NCBI RefSeq assembly: GCF_902652985.1
Contig: NC_047025.1
Location: 43,586,001-43,650,000 of the forward strand
Direction: 5' to 3'
DNA length: 64,000 bases
Source of the DNA: Pecten maximus
Taxonomy: Eukaryota
Each line of letters starts with the position of its first letter. The first letter of the stretch is position 1. The notes beneath the pieces are model-generated. The model saw only the letters and a program-made list of their open reading frames with translations, was not told the DNA's origin and did no database searches. A program made the translations under genes and the position numbers. Below, piece after piece: positions 1 through 12,444 of the stretch.

Positions 1-1320
1 TTATATAACATGGCCTACTTATATAACATGGCCTACTTATATAACATAGCCTACTTATAATGTATAGCCTACTTATATAACACAGCCTACTTATATAACA
101 CAGCCTACTTATATAACACAGCCTACTTATATAACTTGACCTACTTATATAACATAGCCTACTTATATAACTTGACCTACTTATATAACATGGCCTACTT
201 ATATAACATAGCCTACTTATATAACACAGCCTACTTATATAACACAGCCTACTTATATAACACAGCCTACTTATATAACTTGACCTACTTATATAACATA
301 GCCTACTTATATAACTTGACCTACTTATATAACATGGCCTACTTATATAACATAGCCTACTTATATAACTTGACATACTTATATAACTTTACCTACTTAT
401 ATAACACAGCCTACTTATACAACTTGACCTATTTATATAACACAGCCTACTTATATAACACAGCCTACTTATATAACTTGACCTACTTATATAACACAGC
501 CTACTTATATAACTTGACCTACTTATATAACATAGCCTACTTATATAACACAGCCTACTTATATAACATAGCCTACTTATATAACTTGACCTACTTATAT
601 AACATGGCCTACTTATATAACATAGCCTACTTATATAACTTGACCTACTTATATAACATGGCCTACTTATATAACACAGCCTACTTATATAACTTGACCT
701 ACTTATATAACATGGCCTACTTATATAACACAGCCTACTTATATAACTTGACATACTTATATAACTTGACCTACTTATATAACATGGCCTACTTATATAA
801 CACAGCCTACTTATATAACTTGACCTACTTATATAACATGGCCTACTTATATAACATAGCCTACTTATATAACTTGACATACTTATATAACTTTACCTAC
901 TTATATAACTTGACATACTTATATAACACAGCCTACTTATATAACTTGACATACTTATATAACTTGACCTACTTATATAACTTGACCTACTTATATAACA
1001 TAGCCTACTTATATAACATAGCCTACTTATATAACATGGCCTACTTATATAACATGACCTACTTATATAACATGGCCTACTTATATAACATAGCCTACTT
1101 ATATAACATGGCCTACTTATATAACATGGCCTACTTATATAACTTGACATACTTATATAACTTTACCTACTTATATAACTTGACATACTTATATAACACA
1201 GCCTACTTATATAACTTGACATACTTATATAACTTGACCTACTTATATAACTTGACCTACTTATATAACATAGCCTACTTATATAACATGGCCTACTTAT
1301 ATAACATGGCCTACTTATAT
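1..1320. repeat. Minisatellite, 18-bp unit (ACTTATATAACAYRGCCT / ACTTATATAACTTGACCT), ~73 copies, runs off the window start
   Basis: Direct 18-bp periodicity. The YLYNxx ORF 136-1377 is just its translation. Confidence 0.95.
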
Positions 1321-2100
1321 GAAAGTCTTACCTACAAATGTACATGGCCAAGGGAATTGACAGATACACGAAAATGAAACTGTATCTACAAAACCGATAC
1401 ACTTGGTCATGTACCTTCTGACAAGTGTTAGTGTAATCTCTAGTTTTACCCTCCATAACCACACACCAGATAACATGCCTGATCCCTCGAGATAAGGATC
1501 ATGGAGCAAAATATTATGTCTCAAATGTTACAGAAAGATTGATATAATGACACAAATACCTGTCCGTAACGAAGGAAGAGAAGCTCTATAACATTACAGT
1601 CATGACAAGGGATGAGGGACGGTACAATCCTCACCTTCCATGGCAAGGGCGGCAAATATCCGAGAATAAACCTTCAATTAACACATAATTCAACACAGGT
1701 TTTGTTTCTGTTCAATTAATTTAAACACAACTCTGCAGCAGTAAAGAAGGATTATCTACCAGAGATGTCCTCTATACAGGGAGCATATTTTACAAAACTC
1801 TGAATTGATGTAATTAGTTTCCATATAAATCAAGTTCCACATAAATAAGCCCATATCAAATTGACAATGTTACTATTATGCCATTCAGTTCAGTTGACTT
1901 CAGTAAGTTGGTTTGATTGGTCAGATCCTTTAGAATATAAACTGTTACACCATTGGAAAACATTAACCTTATGATTTGATGACGTTAATATTCCTCTGAA
2001 TATGATAAATAATTACATGTATACATGTTTTCTATAAGGTAATGACTGTGTATAGTGTTTTCTTCCTACCCAAATACACCTAGTGATTGGCCTCTCTCCT

Positions 2101-2324
2101 AGTATACCTAGGAATAGCAGTGATAAAAACATGGTATCAGTATACCTAGGACTAGCAGTGATAAAAACATGGTATCCGTATACCTAGGAATAGCAGTGAT
2201 AAAAACATGGTATCAGTATACCTAGGAATAGCAGTGATAAAAACATGGTATCAGTATACCTAGGACTAGCAGTGATAAAAACATGGTATCAGTATACCTA
2301 GGAATAGCAGTGATAAAAACATGG
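2101..2324. repeat. Minisatellite, 38-bp unit (AGTATACCTAGGAATAGCAGTGATAAAAACATGGTATC), ~6 copies
   Basis: Units start at 2101, 2139, 2177, 2215, 2253 and 2291. Confidence 0.93.
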
Positions 2325-2856
2325 AGTTTACATTTCCTAGTGAGAATTATGAAAAATCTCAAACTGGATGACACTTTATATAACCAAATAGGAAAGGTAG
2401 CTCCATGTTATCCACATTAGCCAGTGTACAGAGAGGAGAGAAAATAGAACAATCTAATGCATGCCGCTACCCGTAAATATACAGTCACATTAATTATATA
2501 TAACCAACTTTTAAGACTGAAATGCTCCTTAAGTTCAAAAATACATCAAAATTAAAAATATCTAAATACATTATTGTATATAATAATTTAGTAATGCATC
2601 CAGCTATAGCTGTCTTTGGTCATACTAGTAAATATCCACGCGGAGTCTTACTGTCTTCACATGCACAACTAACATGATACAAGCTTTAATCACAGTGAAA
2701 CACTAATTTTTTTCATTCTCTAAAATTGTTGGAAGTGTTAAATATAGTATGAATTTAAATGTCTTTATTATCTATATTCATTGATTTAAGTGTTCTGACA
2801 ATTAATGGCACACACATATGTATACATTGTATATATATATAAACAACAGATTGACA

Positions 2857-4589
2857 TAAAAACAGCTCCGAGAACTGAACATCCAGTAGAAAACAGCTCC
2901 GAGAACTGAACATCCAGTGGAAAACAGCTCTCAGAACTGAACATCCAGTGGAAAACAGCTCTCAGAACTGAACATCCAGTGGAAAACAGCTCCGAGAACT
3001 GAACATCCAATGGAAAACAGCTCTCAGAACTGAACATCCAATGGAAAAAAGCTCTCAGAACTGAACATCCAGTAGAAAACAGCTCTCAGAACTGAACATC
3101 CGGTGGAAAACAGCTCTCAGAACTGAACATCCGGTGGAAAACAGCTCTCAGAACTGAACATCCAGTGGAAAACAGCTCCCAGAACTGAACATCCAATGGA
3201 AAACAGCTCTCAGAACTGAACATCCGGTGGAAAACAGCTCTCAGAACTGAACATCCAATGGAAAACAGCTCTCAGAACTGAACATCCAATGGAAAACAGC
3301 TCACAGTACTGAACATCCAGTAGAAAACAGCTCCCAGTACTGAACATCCAGTGGAAAACAGCTCCCAGAACTGAACATCCAGTAGAAAACAGCTCTCAGA
3401 ACTGAACATCCAGTAGAAAACAGCTCTCAGAACTGAACATCCAATAAAAAACAGCTCTCAGAACTGAACATCCAATGGAAAACAGCTCTCAGTACTGAAC
3501 ATCCTATTGAAAAACAGCTCTCAGAACTGAATATCCAATGAAAAACAGCTCTCAGAACTGAACATCCAATGAAAAACAGCTCTCAGAACTGAACATCCAG
3601 TGGAAAACAGCTCTCAGAACTGAACATCCAATGAAAAACAGCTCTCAGAACTGAACATCCAGTGGAAATAGCTCCCAGAACTGAACATCCAGTGGAAACA
3701 GCTCCCAGAACTGAACATCCAGTGGAAAACAGCTCTCAGAACTGAACATCCAGTAGAAAACAGCTCTCAGAACTGAACATCCAGTGGAAAACAGCTCTCA
3801 GTACTGAACATCCAGTGGAAAACAGCTCTCAGAACTGAACATCCAGTAGAAAACGGCTCTCAGAACTGAACGCCCAATGGAAAACAGCTCTCAGTACTGA
3901 ACATCCTATTGAAAACAGCTCTCAGAACTGAACATCCAGTAGAAAACAGCTCTCAGAACTGAACGCCCAATGGAAAACAGCTCTCAGTACTGAACATCCA
4001 ATTGAAAACAACTCCCAGAACTGAACATACAATGGAAAACAGCTCTCAGAACTGAACATCCAGTAGAAAACAGCTCCCAGAACTGAACATACAATGGAAA
4101 ACAGCTCTCAGAACTGAACATCCAGTGGAAATAGCTCCCAGAACTGAACATCCAGTGGAAACAGCTCCCAGAACTGAACATCCAGTGGAAAACAGCTCTC
4201 AGAACTGAACATCCAGTAGAAAACAGCTCTCAGAACTGAACATCCAGTGGAAAACAGCTCTCAGTACTGAACATCCAGTGGAAAACAGCTCTCAGAACTG
4301 AACATCCAGTAGAAAACGGCTCTCAGAACTGAACGCCCAATGGAAAACAGCTCTCAGTACTGAACATCCTATTGAAAACAGCTCTCAGAACTGAACATCC
4401 AGTAGAAAACAGCTCTCAGAACTGAACGCCCAATGGAAAACAGCTCTCAGTACTGAACATCCAATTGAAAACAACTCCCAGAACTGAACATACAATGGAA
4501 AACAGCTCTCAGAACTGAACATCCAGTAGAAAACAGCTCCCAGAACTGAACATACAATGGAAAACAGCTCTCAGTACTGAACATCCAGT
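2857..4589. repeat. Minisatellite, 31-bp unit (AAAACAGCTCTCAGAACTGAACATCCAGTGG), ~56 copies, with a ~463-bp higher-order duplication
   Basis: 31-bp periodicity. The diagnostic variant GTGGAAATAGCTCCC recurs at ~3662 and ~4125. Confidence 0.93.
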
Positions 4590-4655
4590 GTTTAAGTATA
4601 TGTATACATATCGGGTATATCTTAGGGTATATCTTACATGTAATAATAAGTATAA

Positions 4656-6612
4656 GAACAATACATGTCCGTCCCATAGGAACCAGCATACCCCAGGCTG
4701 TAACAATACATGTCCGTCCCATAGGAACCATCGCAGACTGGAACAATACATGTCCGTCCCATAGGAACCATCACAGACTGGAACAATACATGTCCGTCCC
4801 ATAGGAACCATCACAGACTGGAACAATATATGTCCGTCCCATAGGAACCAGAATACCCCAGGCTGGAACAATACATGTCCGTCCCATAGGAACCATCGCA
4901 GACTGGAACAATACATGTCCGTCCCATAGGAACCAGCATACCCCAGGCTGTAACAATACATGTCCGTCCCATAGGAACCAGAACATCGCAGGCTGGAACA
5001 ATACATGTCCGTCCCATAGGAACCATCACAGACTGGAACAATACATGTCCGTCCCATAGGAACCATCACAGACTGGAACAATACATGTCCGTCCCATAGG
5101 AACCATCGCAGACTGGAACAATACATGTCCGTCCCATAGGAACCATCACAGACTGGAACAATATATGTCCGTCCCATAGGAACCATCACAGACTGGAACA
5201 ATATATGTCCGTCCCATAGGAACCAGAATACCCCAGGCTGGAACAATACATGTCCGTCCCATAGGAACCATCGCAGACTGGAACAATACATGTCCGTCCC
5301 ATAGGAACCATCACAGACTGGAACAATACATGTCCGTCCCATAGGAACCATCACAGACTGGAACAATATATGTCCGTCCCATAGGAACCAGAATACCCCA
5401 GGCTGGAACAATACATGTCCGTCCCATAGGAAACAGAATACCACAGACTGGAACAATACATGTCCGTCCCATAGGAACCATCGCAGACTGGAACAATACA
5501 TGTCCGTCCCATAGGAACCAGAACATCACAGGCTGGAACAATACATGTCCGTCCCATAGGAACCATTGCAGACTGGAACAATATATGTCCGTCCCATAGG
5601 AACCATCACAGACTGGAACAATACATGTCCGTCCCATAGGAACCATTGCAGACTGGAACAATACATGTCCGTCCCATAGGAACCAGAATACCCCAGGCTG
5701 GAACAATACATGTCCGTCCCATAGGAACCATCGCAGACTGGAACAATACATGTCCGTCCCATAGGAACCAGAATACCCCAGGCTGGAACAATACATGTCC
5801 GTCCCATAGGAACCATCGCAGACTGGAACAATACATGTCCGTCCCATAGGAACCATCACAGACTGGAACAATATATGTCCGTCCCATAGGAACCAGAATA
5901 CCTCAGGCTGGAACAATACATGTCCGTCCCATAGGAAACAGAATACCACAGACTGGAACAATACATGTCCGTCCCATAGGAACCAGAATACCCTAGGCTG
6001 GAACAATACATGTCCGTCCCATAGGAACCATCGCAGACTGGAACAATATATGTCCGTCCCATAGGAACCAGCATACCCCAGGCTGGAACAATACATGTCC
6101 GTCCCATAGGAACCATCGCAGACTGGAACAATATATGTCCGTCCCATAGGAACCATCACAGACTGTAACAATACATGTCCGTCCCATAGGAACCATCGCA
6201 GACTGGAACAATATATGTCCGTCCCATAGGAACCATCGCAGACTGTAACAATACATGTCCGTCCCATAGGAACCATCGCAGACTGGAACAATATATGTCC
6301 GTCCCATAGGAACCATCGCAGACTGTAATAATGCATGTCCGTCCCATAGGAACCAGCATACCCCAGGCTGTAACAATACATGTCCGTCCCAAAGGAACCA
6401 GCATACCCCAGGCTGGAACAATATATGTCCGTCCCATAGGAACCAGAATACCCCAGACTGGAACAATATATGTCCGTCCCATAGGAACCATCGCAGACTG
6501 GAACAATATATGTCCGTCCCATAGGAACCAGCATACCCCAGGCTGTAACAGTATATGTCTGTTCCAGAGGAAACACCGCAGACTGGAATAATATATGTCC
6601 ATCCCATAGGAA
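4656..6612. repeat. Minisatellite of interspersed 40-bp and 45-bp unit variants sharing the core ACAATACATGTCCGTCCCATAGGAACCA
   Basis: The core is followed by either TCRCAGACTGGA (40-bp unit) or GAATACCCCAGGCTGGA (45-bp unit). Confidence 0.93.
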
Positions 6613-7367
6613 ATACATTAATTGTATCAAATGAATACAAATATTTAGATTTGTTGACTTATTTGAATCAAAATGTCACTCAGAAAATAAAATGTCAGGG
6701 TCTAGCAAAATCAACAAAGTTTAAAGGAAATTGGTTGAAAACTGAAGATCTAACAAAAATGCAGTTCAGGGAAACAACTACAGATGATAATGCAAACTAA
6801 GTTTCCAAGAGATTGGGTAAAAAAAAGTAGATCTCCAGATAAAAAATCAAATCACTGAAATAAACAAAGGGCTATAACTTTTGCTAAAATACTTGAAACA
6901 GATGTCAGGGAAACATAACTTCATATCCTAATTATAAAACCTACCAGGGTTTCAGAGAGATTGAAATGTAGGAGGATCATCTCCAGAAAAAACAAGAGTT
7001 GATGCCGGCCAGACAACGCCATGTCCAGCCATGTCCAGCCATGCACTCCTGTAAAGTTTAGTTGGTTGTATAAAAATCTCAAACTACAAACTGATGATAT
7101 CGGACATGATTCTGATACAGGTACAAACTTGTGAATCTGTCACACAGGGTTCCTGTGATACTGCTTGGTACAATGGCAAAATGGTAAATCTGACCTCTAC
7201 AAATATTGACCTAAAATTGACCTTAAAGTGAGGTCAGTTTCACATGATGAAATTTTCAGTTCAATCTTTAACATAAATTGACTATTCTGCACTTTTTAGG
7301 TCAATTTGACCTGAAAATATTGACCTGAAGATGACCTGACTGACAAGAATACATTTTGCCTGTGGAG

Positions 7368-7716
7368 CTGTCATTAAATTAAGTGGATTTTCTGTATAAC
7401 ACAGAGCTATCATTAAATTAAGTGGATGTTCTGTATAACACAAAGCTATCATTAAATTAAGTGGATGTTCTGTATAACACAGAGCTGTCATTAAATTAAG
7501 TGGATGTTCTGTATAACACAGAGCTTTCATTAAATTAAATGGATGTTCTGTATAACACAAAGCTATCATTAAATTAAGTGGATGTTCTGTATAACACAGG
7601 GCTATCATTAAATTAAGTGGATGTTCTGTATAACACAGAGCTATCATTAAATTAAGTGGATGTTCTGTATAACACAGAGCTATCATTAAATTAAGTGGAT
7701 GTTCTGTATAACACAA
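7368..7716. repeat. Minisatellite, 39-bp unit (TCATTAAATTAAGTGGATGTTCTGTATAACACAGAGCTA), ~9 copies
   Basis: Direct periodicity, downstream of the GDAP1 stop codon. Confidence 0.92.
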
Positions 7717-8092
7717 AATGCTTGTGGTCACTTTCTTTCCTTGTCAAAAAAAAAAAATATTCAAAAAGTTATGTGGCACAAACTTCCATGGATATCTCAT
7801 ATCAACAGAAAGTTGTAATATTTCGACTATTACCATTGTATATTTCATGGTTCCTTATCATTCACAAAAACAATGCTCAAAGAAAATCTGGTGTTATACA
7901 GTTATCCAGTCTGACAAAACCACCATATTTATATACAGAAAGGTCAACTGTATGCAGAAGAAAATTAGATTGTATACTACTGTAAGTTAATAATATCATC
8001 CACATCAAGAAAACTAAATCGCTCCTATAAATAATCACTCACAACACTGGTTCTGTTACCTTGACAATATGACCTACACCAGACAAAATGAC

Positions 8093-11000
8093 CTACTCAT
8101 TCCACTTTTTATAAACAATGTATCCTAACGTCCCCACAATACCTAAACCAACTACACCTGCAATGTAAGGAGAGGCAGTCTTTAAATTTTCCCACAGCAG
8201 TGTCATTCTTAGATTGGAGATTTCCTTTTGTATCATCAAGTAGGTGGGGCGTTTCTTCACTTGGTTGTAGTAGTTGTGTGTGTACGGATGGGTATCCTGG
8301 GAGAAGTAGGTCTTGTCCAGCCCCAGAAGGGCCAGCCTACTCAGCAGTACAGTCAGACTGATGTCAGTCACGGTGTACATCGGCCCAAACAGCCACAGAT
8401 CATCAGTAATGTCAGGACTCGCTGCAAAAAATGTCAGTGTATTTGTTTATTTCAATAGATAAAAATGATTTTTGTATAGCAGCTAATCCTATAATTCAAT
8501 TACCATGTAATATCAAAAATATTTTCTAATAAAGTTGCACTAAATGTTTTCCAACTTAATTAACAGTTTTGTAAATTGTAAAAGGAATGACAATCGTGCC
8601 TTATACATGTATTTGAATGTATGCAATGTACCAATAATATCATATTGTACAGTATTTGGCTGATAATGATTTTATGACAACTATTAAAAATCCTACATAT
8701 AGTAAAATAACTGTCAGAGTTCAGATATAATGAACAAAAAATAACACAACAAGGAGACTTTTGTGGAAAAAAGTACCATTGAGAATGAAAATGACAAAAC
8801 ATTGTGACTACCCCAGATCATACTATGTGAGTAAGGAACTTTGACAGACCTTGGCAGTATACTATGAAGGTAAACTTGAGTGTGACCTTGAGAATATTCC
8901 TTTAATGTAACCTTGAGAGTGACCTTGAGAATATTCTATAAATGTAACCTTGAGAGTGACCTTGACAGACCTTGTGTGTAACCTGAGTATACACTGTGTG
9001 TAACTTGAGAGTATACTACGAGGGAAACCTTGAGAGTGACCTTGACAGACCTTGTGTGTAACCTGAGTATACACTGTGTGTAACTTGAGAGTATACCACG
9101 AGGGTAACCTTGAGTGTGACCTTGACTGACCTTGTGTGTAACCTGAGAATATATAAGGCTTGAGAGTGACCTTGATAGACTTGGTCACATTGTATGTCAC
9201 CTGAGTGTGACCTTTAGACAGTGAAAGTAATCTTGCCGGCAATCTTGAGAGACTTTCAGTATCTGGAGAGCAATCGTGAGTGTATATCATAGAGGATAAA
9301 AACCTTCAATTTGAGTGAATGATAAAACAGAACCAATTATAACTAACCTTCCTTGATACTCTTCAGTTGCTGTTCCACCGTATCCATGGTAAGCTGTAAC
9401 TCTTCTAGATGACGTTGCACCTGTGCAGCATCTGTTATGACATCAAACTTCTGGGCTGCTGTCTGACTTTTCATCAGGTAGCTATCCCTAAGAGCTGGGT
9501 GCTTGGCCGCAAGGTCTGTTAGTACTGCCAGACGATTGGCAAAATTTTCTGAAACAATGATATTAACAAAGGCTTACATTAAAATGGCTTGTTTCCAAGA
9601 AACCTTGAATTATTTGTAGAAACACTGTCCTTAAACAAAAATTTAATCAACTAACAAATCTGAAATCACTGAGGAATTGAAATTAAAATGAAAATTTACA
9701 TATTGATGAAAAGCTATCATGTTGCCAATTTCCACTTTAGTCAGTTTGATTACTTTGGAAATTTTGTGATATATAATGAAAGAGCACAATTATAAAGTAG
9801 CAACTAACCTCTCATACTCCTCATAACAGCCCCTTGGATTTGACACCCAACTGAAGACAAGTGTGGATGATAAATTATTCCGTATGTAATTATGTCCACC
9901 TCAACCATTTGTAAACGTTTACGCAATTCTGCAACTTTTTTTCCAAGTTCCGATTCCTGGTCTGGAATCAGTTTGGGAACTGGAAAAGTAAAATGTACAA
10001 TAAGACATCAATAAATTGCATATTAACAGTACAATAATATTTTCTTTATGAACAATGTTTCATCGTCTCCATTTAACAGATGTATACTTTAGACATAAAA
10101 AACAGTTATTCTTCAAATGTATATACTGTATTTTTTATTTTACCTGAGGTTTCTGTGTTGCTGTCAACGTAGTCTATGATTTTGTCTGGTTCTGTAATAA
10201 TCGTTTCTCCATCCTTCAGCACCGGGATATGGGCTCCCTCAGGATTCAACCTCACATACCAGGGTGCATTGTGTTGACCAGAAAATAAACTGACCAGCTT
10301 GGGTTTAAAAGCAACCTCCTTTTCATAGAATGCTAGCAACACCTACAATTAAACAATAATCACCTCCTTAAGTTTGTGAATATAATTAATAAAGTGTAAT
10401 AGGAACGAGTGATGAAAATACAGATAAGTAAATAAACGACGCAGGCAAAACCCATGCCTAAATGTCCATTGATCATTGCATATACACATATATATTTAAA
10501 GTGTCTTGGAAACTGATTATTGTGATCATTGGATTATTTCATTACATAACATAACAAAATGTCAGATCATAATCCTGTTACTTTGAATTCAAGTTATTGG
10601 TTGGTTTAGACAGACGCAAACTTCTTCTCCATGTTGGCCCCCGAACTTGATAGATGAAATTCTCTGTTTCTTCGTTTTTGCTTCATCACTCAGTTTCTTT
10701 TCTCTATGTCTTTCCCATTTTGTTACATCATTATGTTTCTGTATTGTGGAAAAGTTGTGATGTTCCTCGAGCTTCTTATATTTCTAAATATCATTTTCTT
10801 CCGTGTAGTAGAGTTGAAACATACAAACGACCAAATTTTGTCCATGATCTTGTTTGCTTCTGGTCTCTGTCCCAGTCTGTTGACTTTCCTGTACATTACA
10901 CGGTTGCTGTTTTCTTTTCGACATACCTATACAAATCCATCTACCACCTTGGTGTCTGCTTCCATTCTTTTCCTCCTACTAGTGCCAAATAGTATGTGGT

Positions 11001-12190
11001 TGTTTTCTTTTCCTTCATGTTCCTTCATTTCTGCACTCGTTGTCACTTTTTGGATCCACAAGTAGATTTCGTTTGTTACTATAAGGTGCCTTCGGTTCAC
11101 AGTGATGTCAAAATATCCTGCCTGCCCTGGGGGGCTGCGGTGGCCGAATGGTTAAGGTGTACGGACACTTTAACACTAGCCCTCCACCACTGGGTTGCGA
11201 GTTCGAAACCTACATGGGGCAGTTGCCAGGTACTGACCATAGGCCGGTGGTTTTTCTCTAGGTACTCCGGCTTTCCTCAACCTCCAAAACCTGGCAAGTC
11301 CTTAAATGACCCTGGCTGTTAGAAGGACGTTAAACAAAAACAAAAAAAACAAACCCTTGGCCTGAGTGTTTGAAGTAATCATCCGTGTCTGGTTACAAAG
11401 GCAGCTTTGACAGGGGCATGTGACCATATATTTCGGGGGAAGGGGGGGGGGGGGGGGGGGGGTGTCTAGTGAAGCACAGTTGGTCTAGGTTTAACTCGCA
11501 GCTATATATATGTAACCCTGGTAAATACTAGCCGCAATATACCGCTCGGCTAGAGAGATCTTCTCTTTAGCTCGATCGGTTGACCTTAAGACTAGTAAGC
11601 CAGCTAGAGGTCCTGGGTTCGATCCCAAGCAGCGGCAGCGATTTAAATTTAATTAATCCTGCACACCGTTACATATATAATGGAGGGAAACAACTTACTC
11701 ATCCTCTGCAACCAGTGCGTGCCGAACCTATGTTCTAAGAAACCTACGCATGACTGCACACGACAGCATTCTGTCAGCGTGGCGATCACAGCTACCATGG
11801 TAAGTCTACTTCATCTGTTCATTTGACCTTGAGCCAAGATATAATCAGCATTGTCAAAACAAATGAACTTGCATATGCGGACCGTGCGTGCAAACATGTC
11901 TTAATGAACCAGACTGAAATAGATTTCGTCAACATCGATCTTTTCTAAAGTACTGTCGATGTCCAATTATGTTTGAAGCCGGGTCAATGCCAGTGTCAGA
12001 AATAAACAGACATATGATTTCAGTGGGTCAAACATGCACCGCAGACTTGTATGTAGGGCTACCTGATGACAACTGATGCAAAACTAAAAACAGAATGTAG
12101 TTTCCATTGATTGTATACCTTTTGAGATGAGTATGACGTCGGAAAATAGTAAAGAGTAAACCTATTTGACTTCGCCTTAGCTTGTGCCAT
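8093..12190 (-). CDS. GDAP1: Ganglioside-induced differentiation-associated protein 1-like (GST-fold, tail-anchored mitochondrial outer-membrane protein), 5 coding exons, 323 aa
   Basis: Minus-strand exons: 12190-12119 (MAQAKAKSNRFTLYYFPTSYSSQK), 10342-10144 (VLLAFYEK...HNAPWYVRLNPEGAHIPVLKDGETIITEPDKIIDY), 9979-9809 (PKLIPDQES...VDIITYGIIYHP), 9548-9348 (LTDLAAKHPALRDSYLMK) and 8421-8093 (WLFGPMYTVTDISLTVLLSRLALLG...TM YIAGVVGLGIVGTLGYIVYKK). All introns are GT-AG, phases 0,1,1,1 are consistent, and the total is 972 nt. The motifs match the GDAP1 GST-N/GST-C domains and C-terminal tail anchor. Confidence 0.92.
8870..9215. repeat. Degenerate TGACCTTGA-rich tandem repeat (~80-bp period) in the last GDAP1 intron
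   Basis: AACCTGAGTATACACTGTGTGTAACTTGAGAG occurs at ~8980 and ~9060, with many GTGACCTTGA motifs. Confidence 0.7.
11129..11356 (+). mobile_element. tRNA-derived SINE (probable V-domain type) in GDAP1 intron 1
   Basis: GGGG start, A box TGGCCGAATGG, B box GAGTTCGAAAC, central GGTGGTTTTTCTCTAGGTACTCCGGCTTTCCTC and tail GGACGTTAAAC(A/C)n. A homologous copy lies at 52319-52543. Confidence 0.85.
11511..11673 (+). mobile_element. Solo LTR with an embedded tRNA-like Pol III promoter (Helenus-type non-autonomous LTR element)
   Basis: Termini TGTAAC...GTTACA, flanked by TATA on both sides (11507-11510 and 11674-11677). Internal A box TAGCTCGATCGG, loop CTAGTAA and B box GGTTCGATCCC. Confidence 0.7.
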
Positions 12191-12444
12191 GGCCGACGTT
12201 TATGCCGGCTTCTTAGGGAGCAAACATTATTCCTTTTGTAATGATGATAGTCTGGAAATGCCTGTTTGATTAATTTTGTTGTAAATGCCTTAATTAAAGC
12301 TTTCATAATTTTTATAACAAAATTTCGTTAGCTCCAGTTATCATCATACACGTGTTAATTCTTTACTTTGTGAAAATAAAAGGTGACCAATATTTATAAA
12401 CAGAATACTCCAAGAACTCTTTTAAAATGAAGGTAATATAAAAT

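Noticed and set aside
136-1377. 413-aa YLYNxx repeat ORF resembling a solenoid or LRR protein
   Set aside because: Pure 18-bp minisatellite with a non-ATG start in the track and no unique flanking coding sequence.
4656-6612. Constant ~28-bp core alternating with variable short segments, CRISPR-like at a glance
   Set aside because: The intervening segments are only two recurring 12-17-bp variants, not unique spacers. There are no cas genes and the context is eukaryotic and intron-containing.
6640-7075. Possible old Helentron-like remnant (AAAGGGCTATAACT motif, short CCATGTCCAG repeats, TGTATAAAAA end)
   Set aside because: Too degenerate to define termini or an insertion site by eye.
10600-11120. 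Purine-rich minus-strand stretch reading ...RRHLIVTNEIYLWIQK...NHILFG..., perhaps the 3' end of an L1/Tx1-type LINE
   Set aside because: It contains stops and no unambiguous motif, so it cannot be supported without a profile search.
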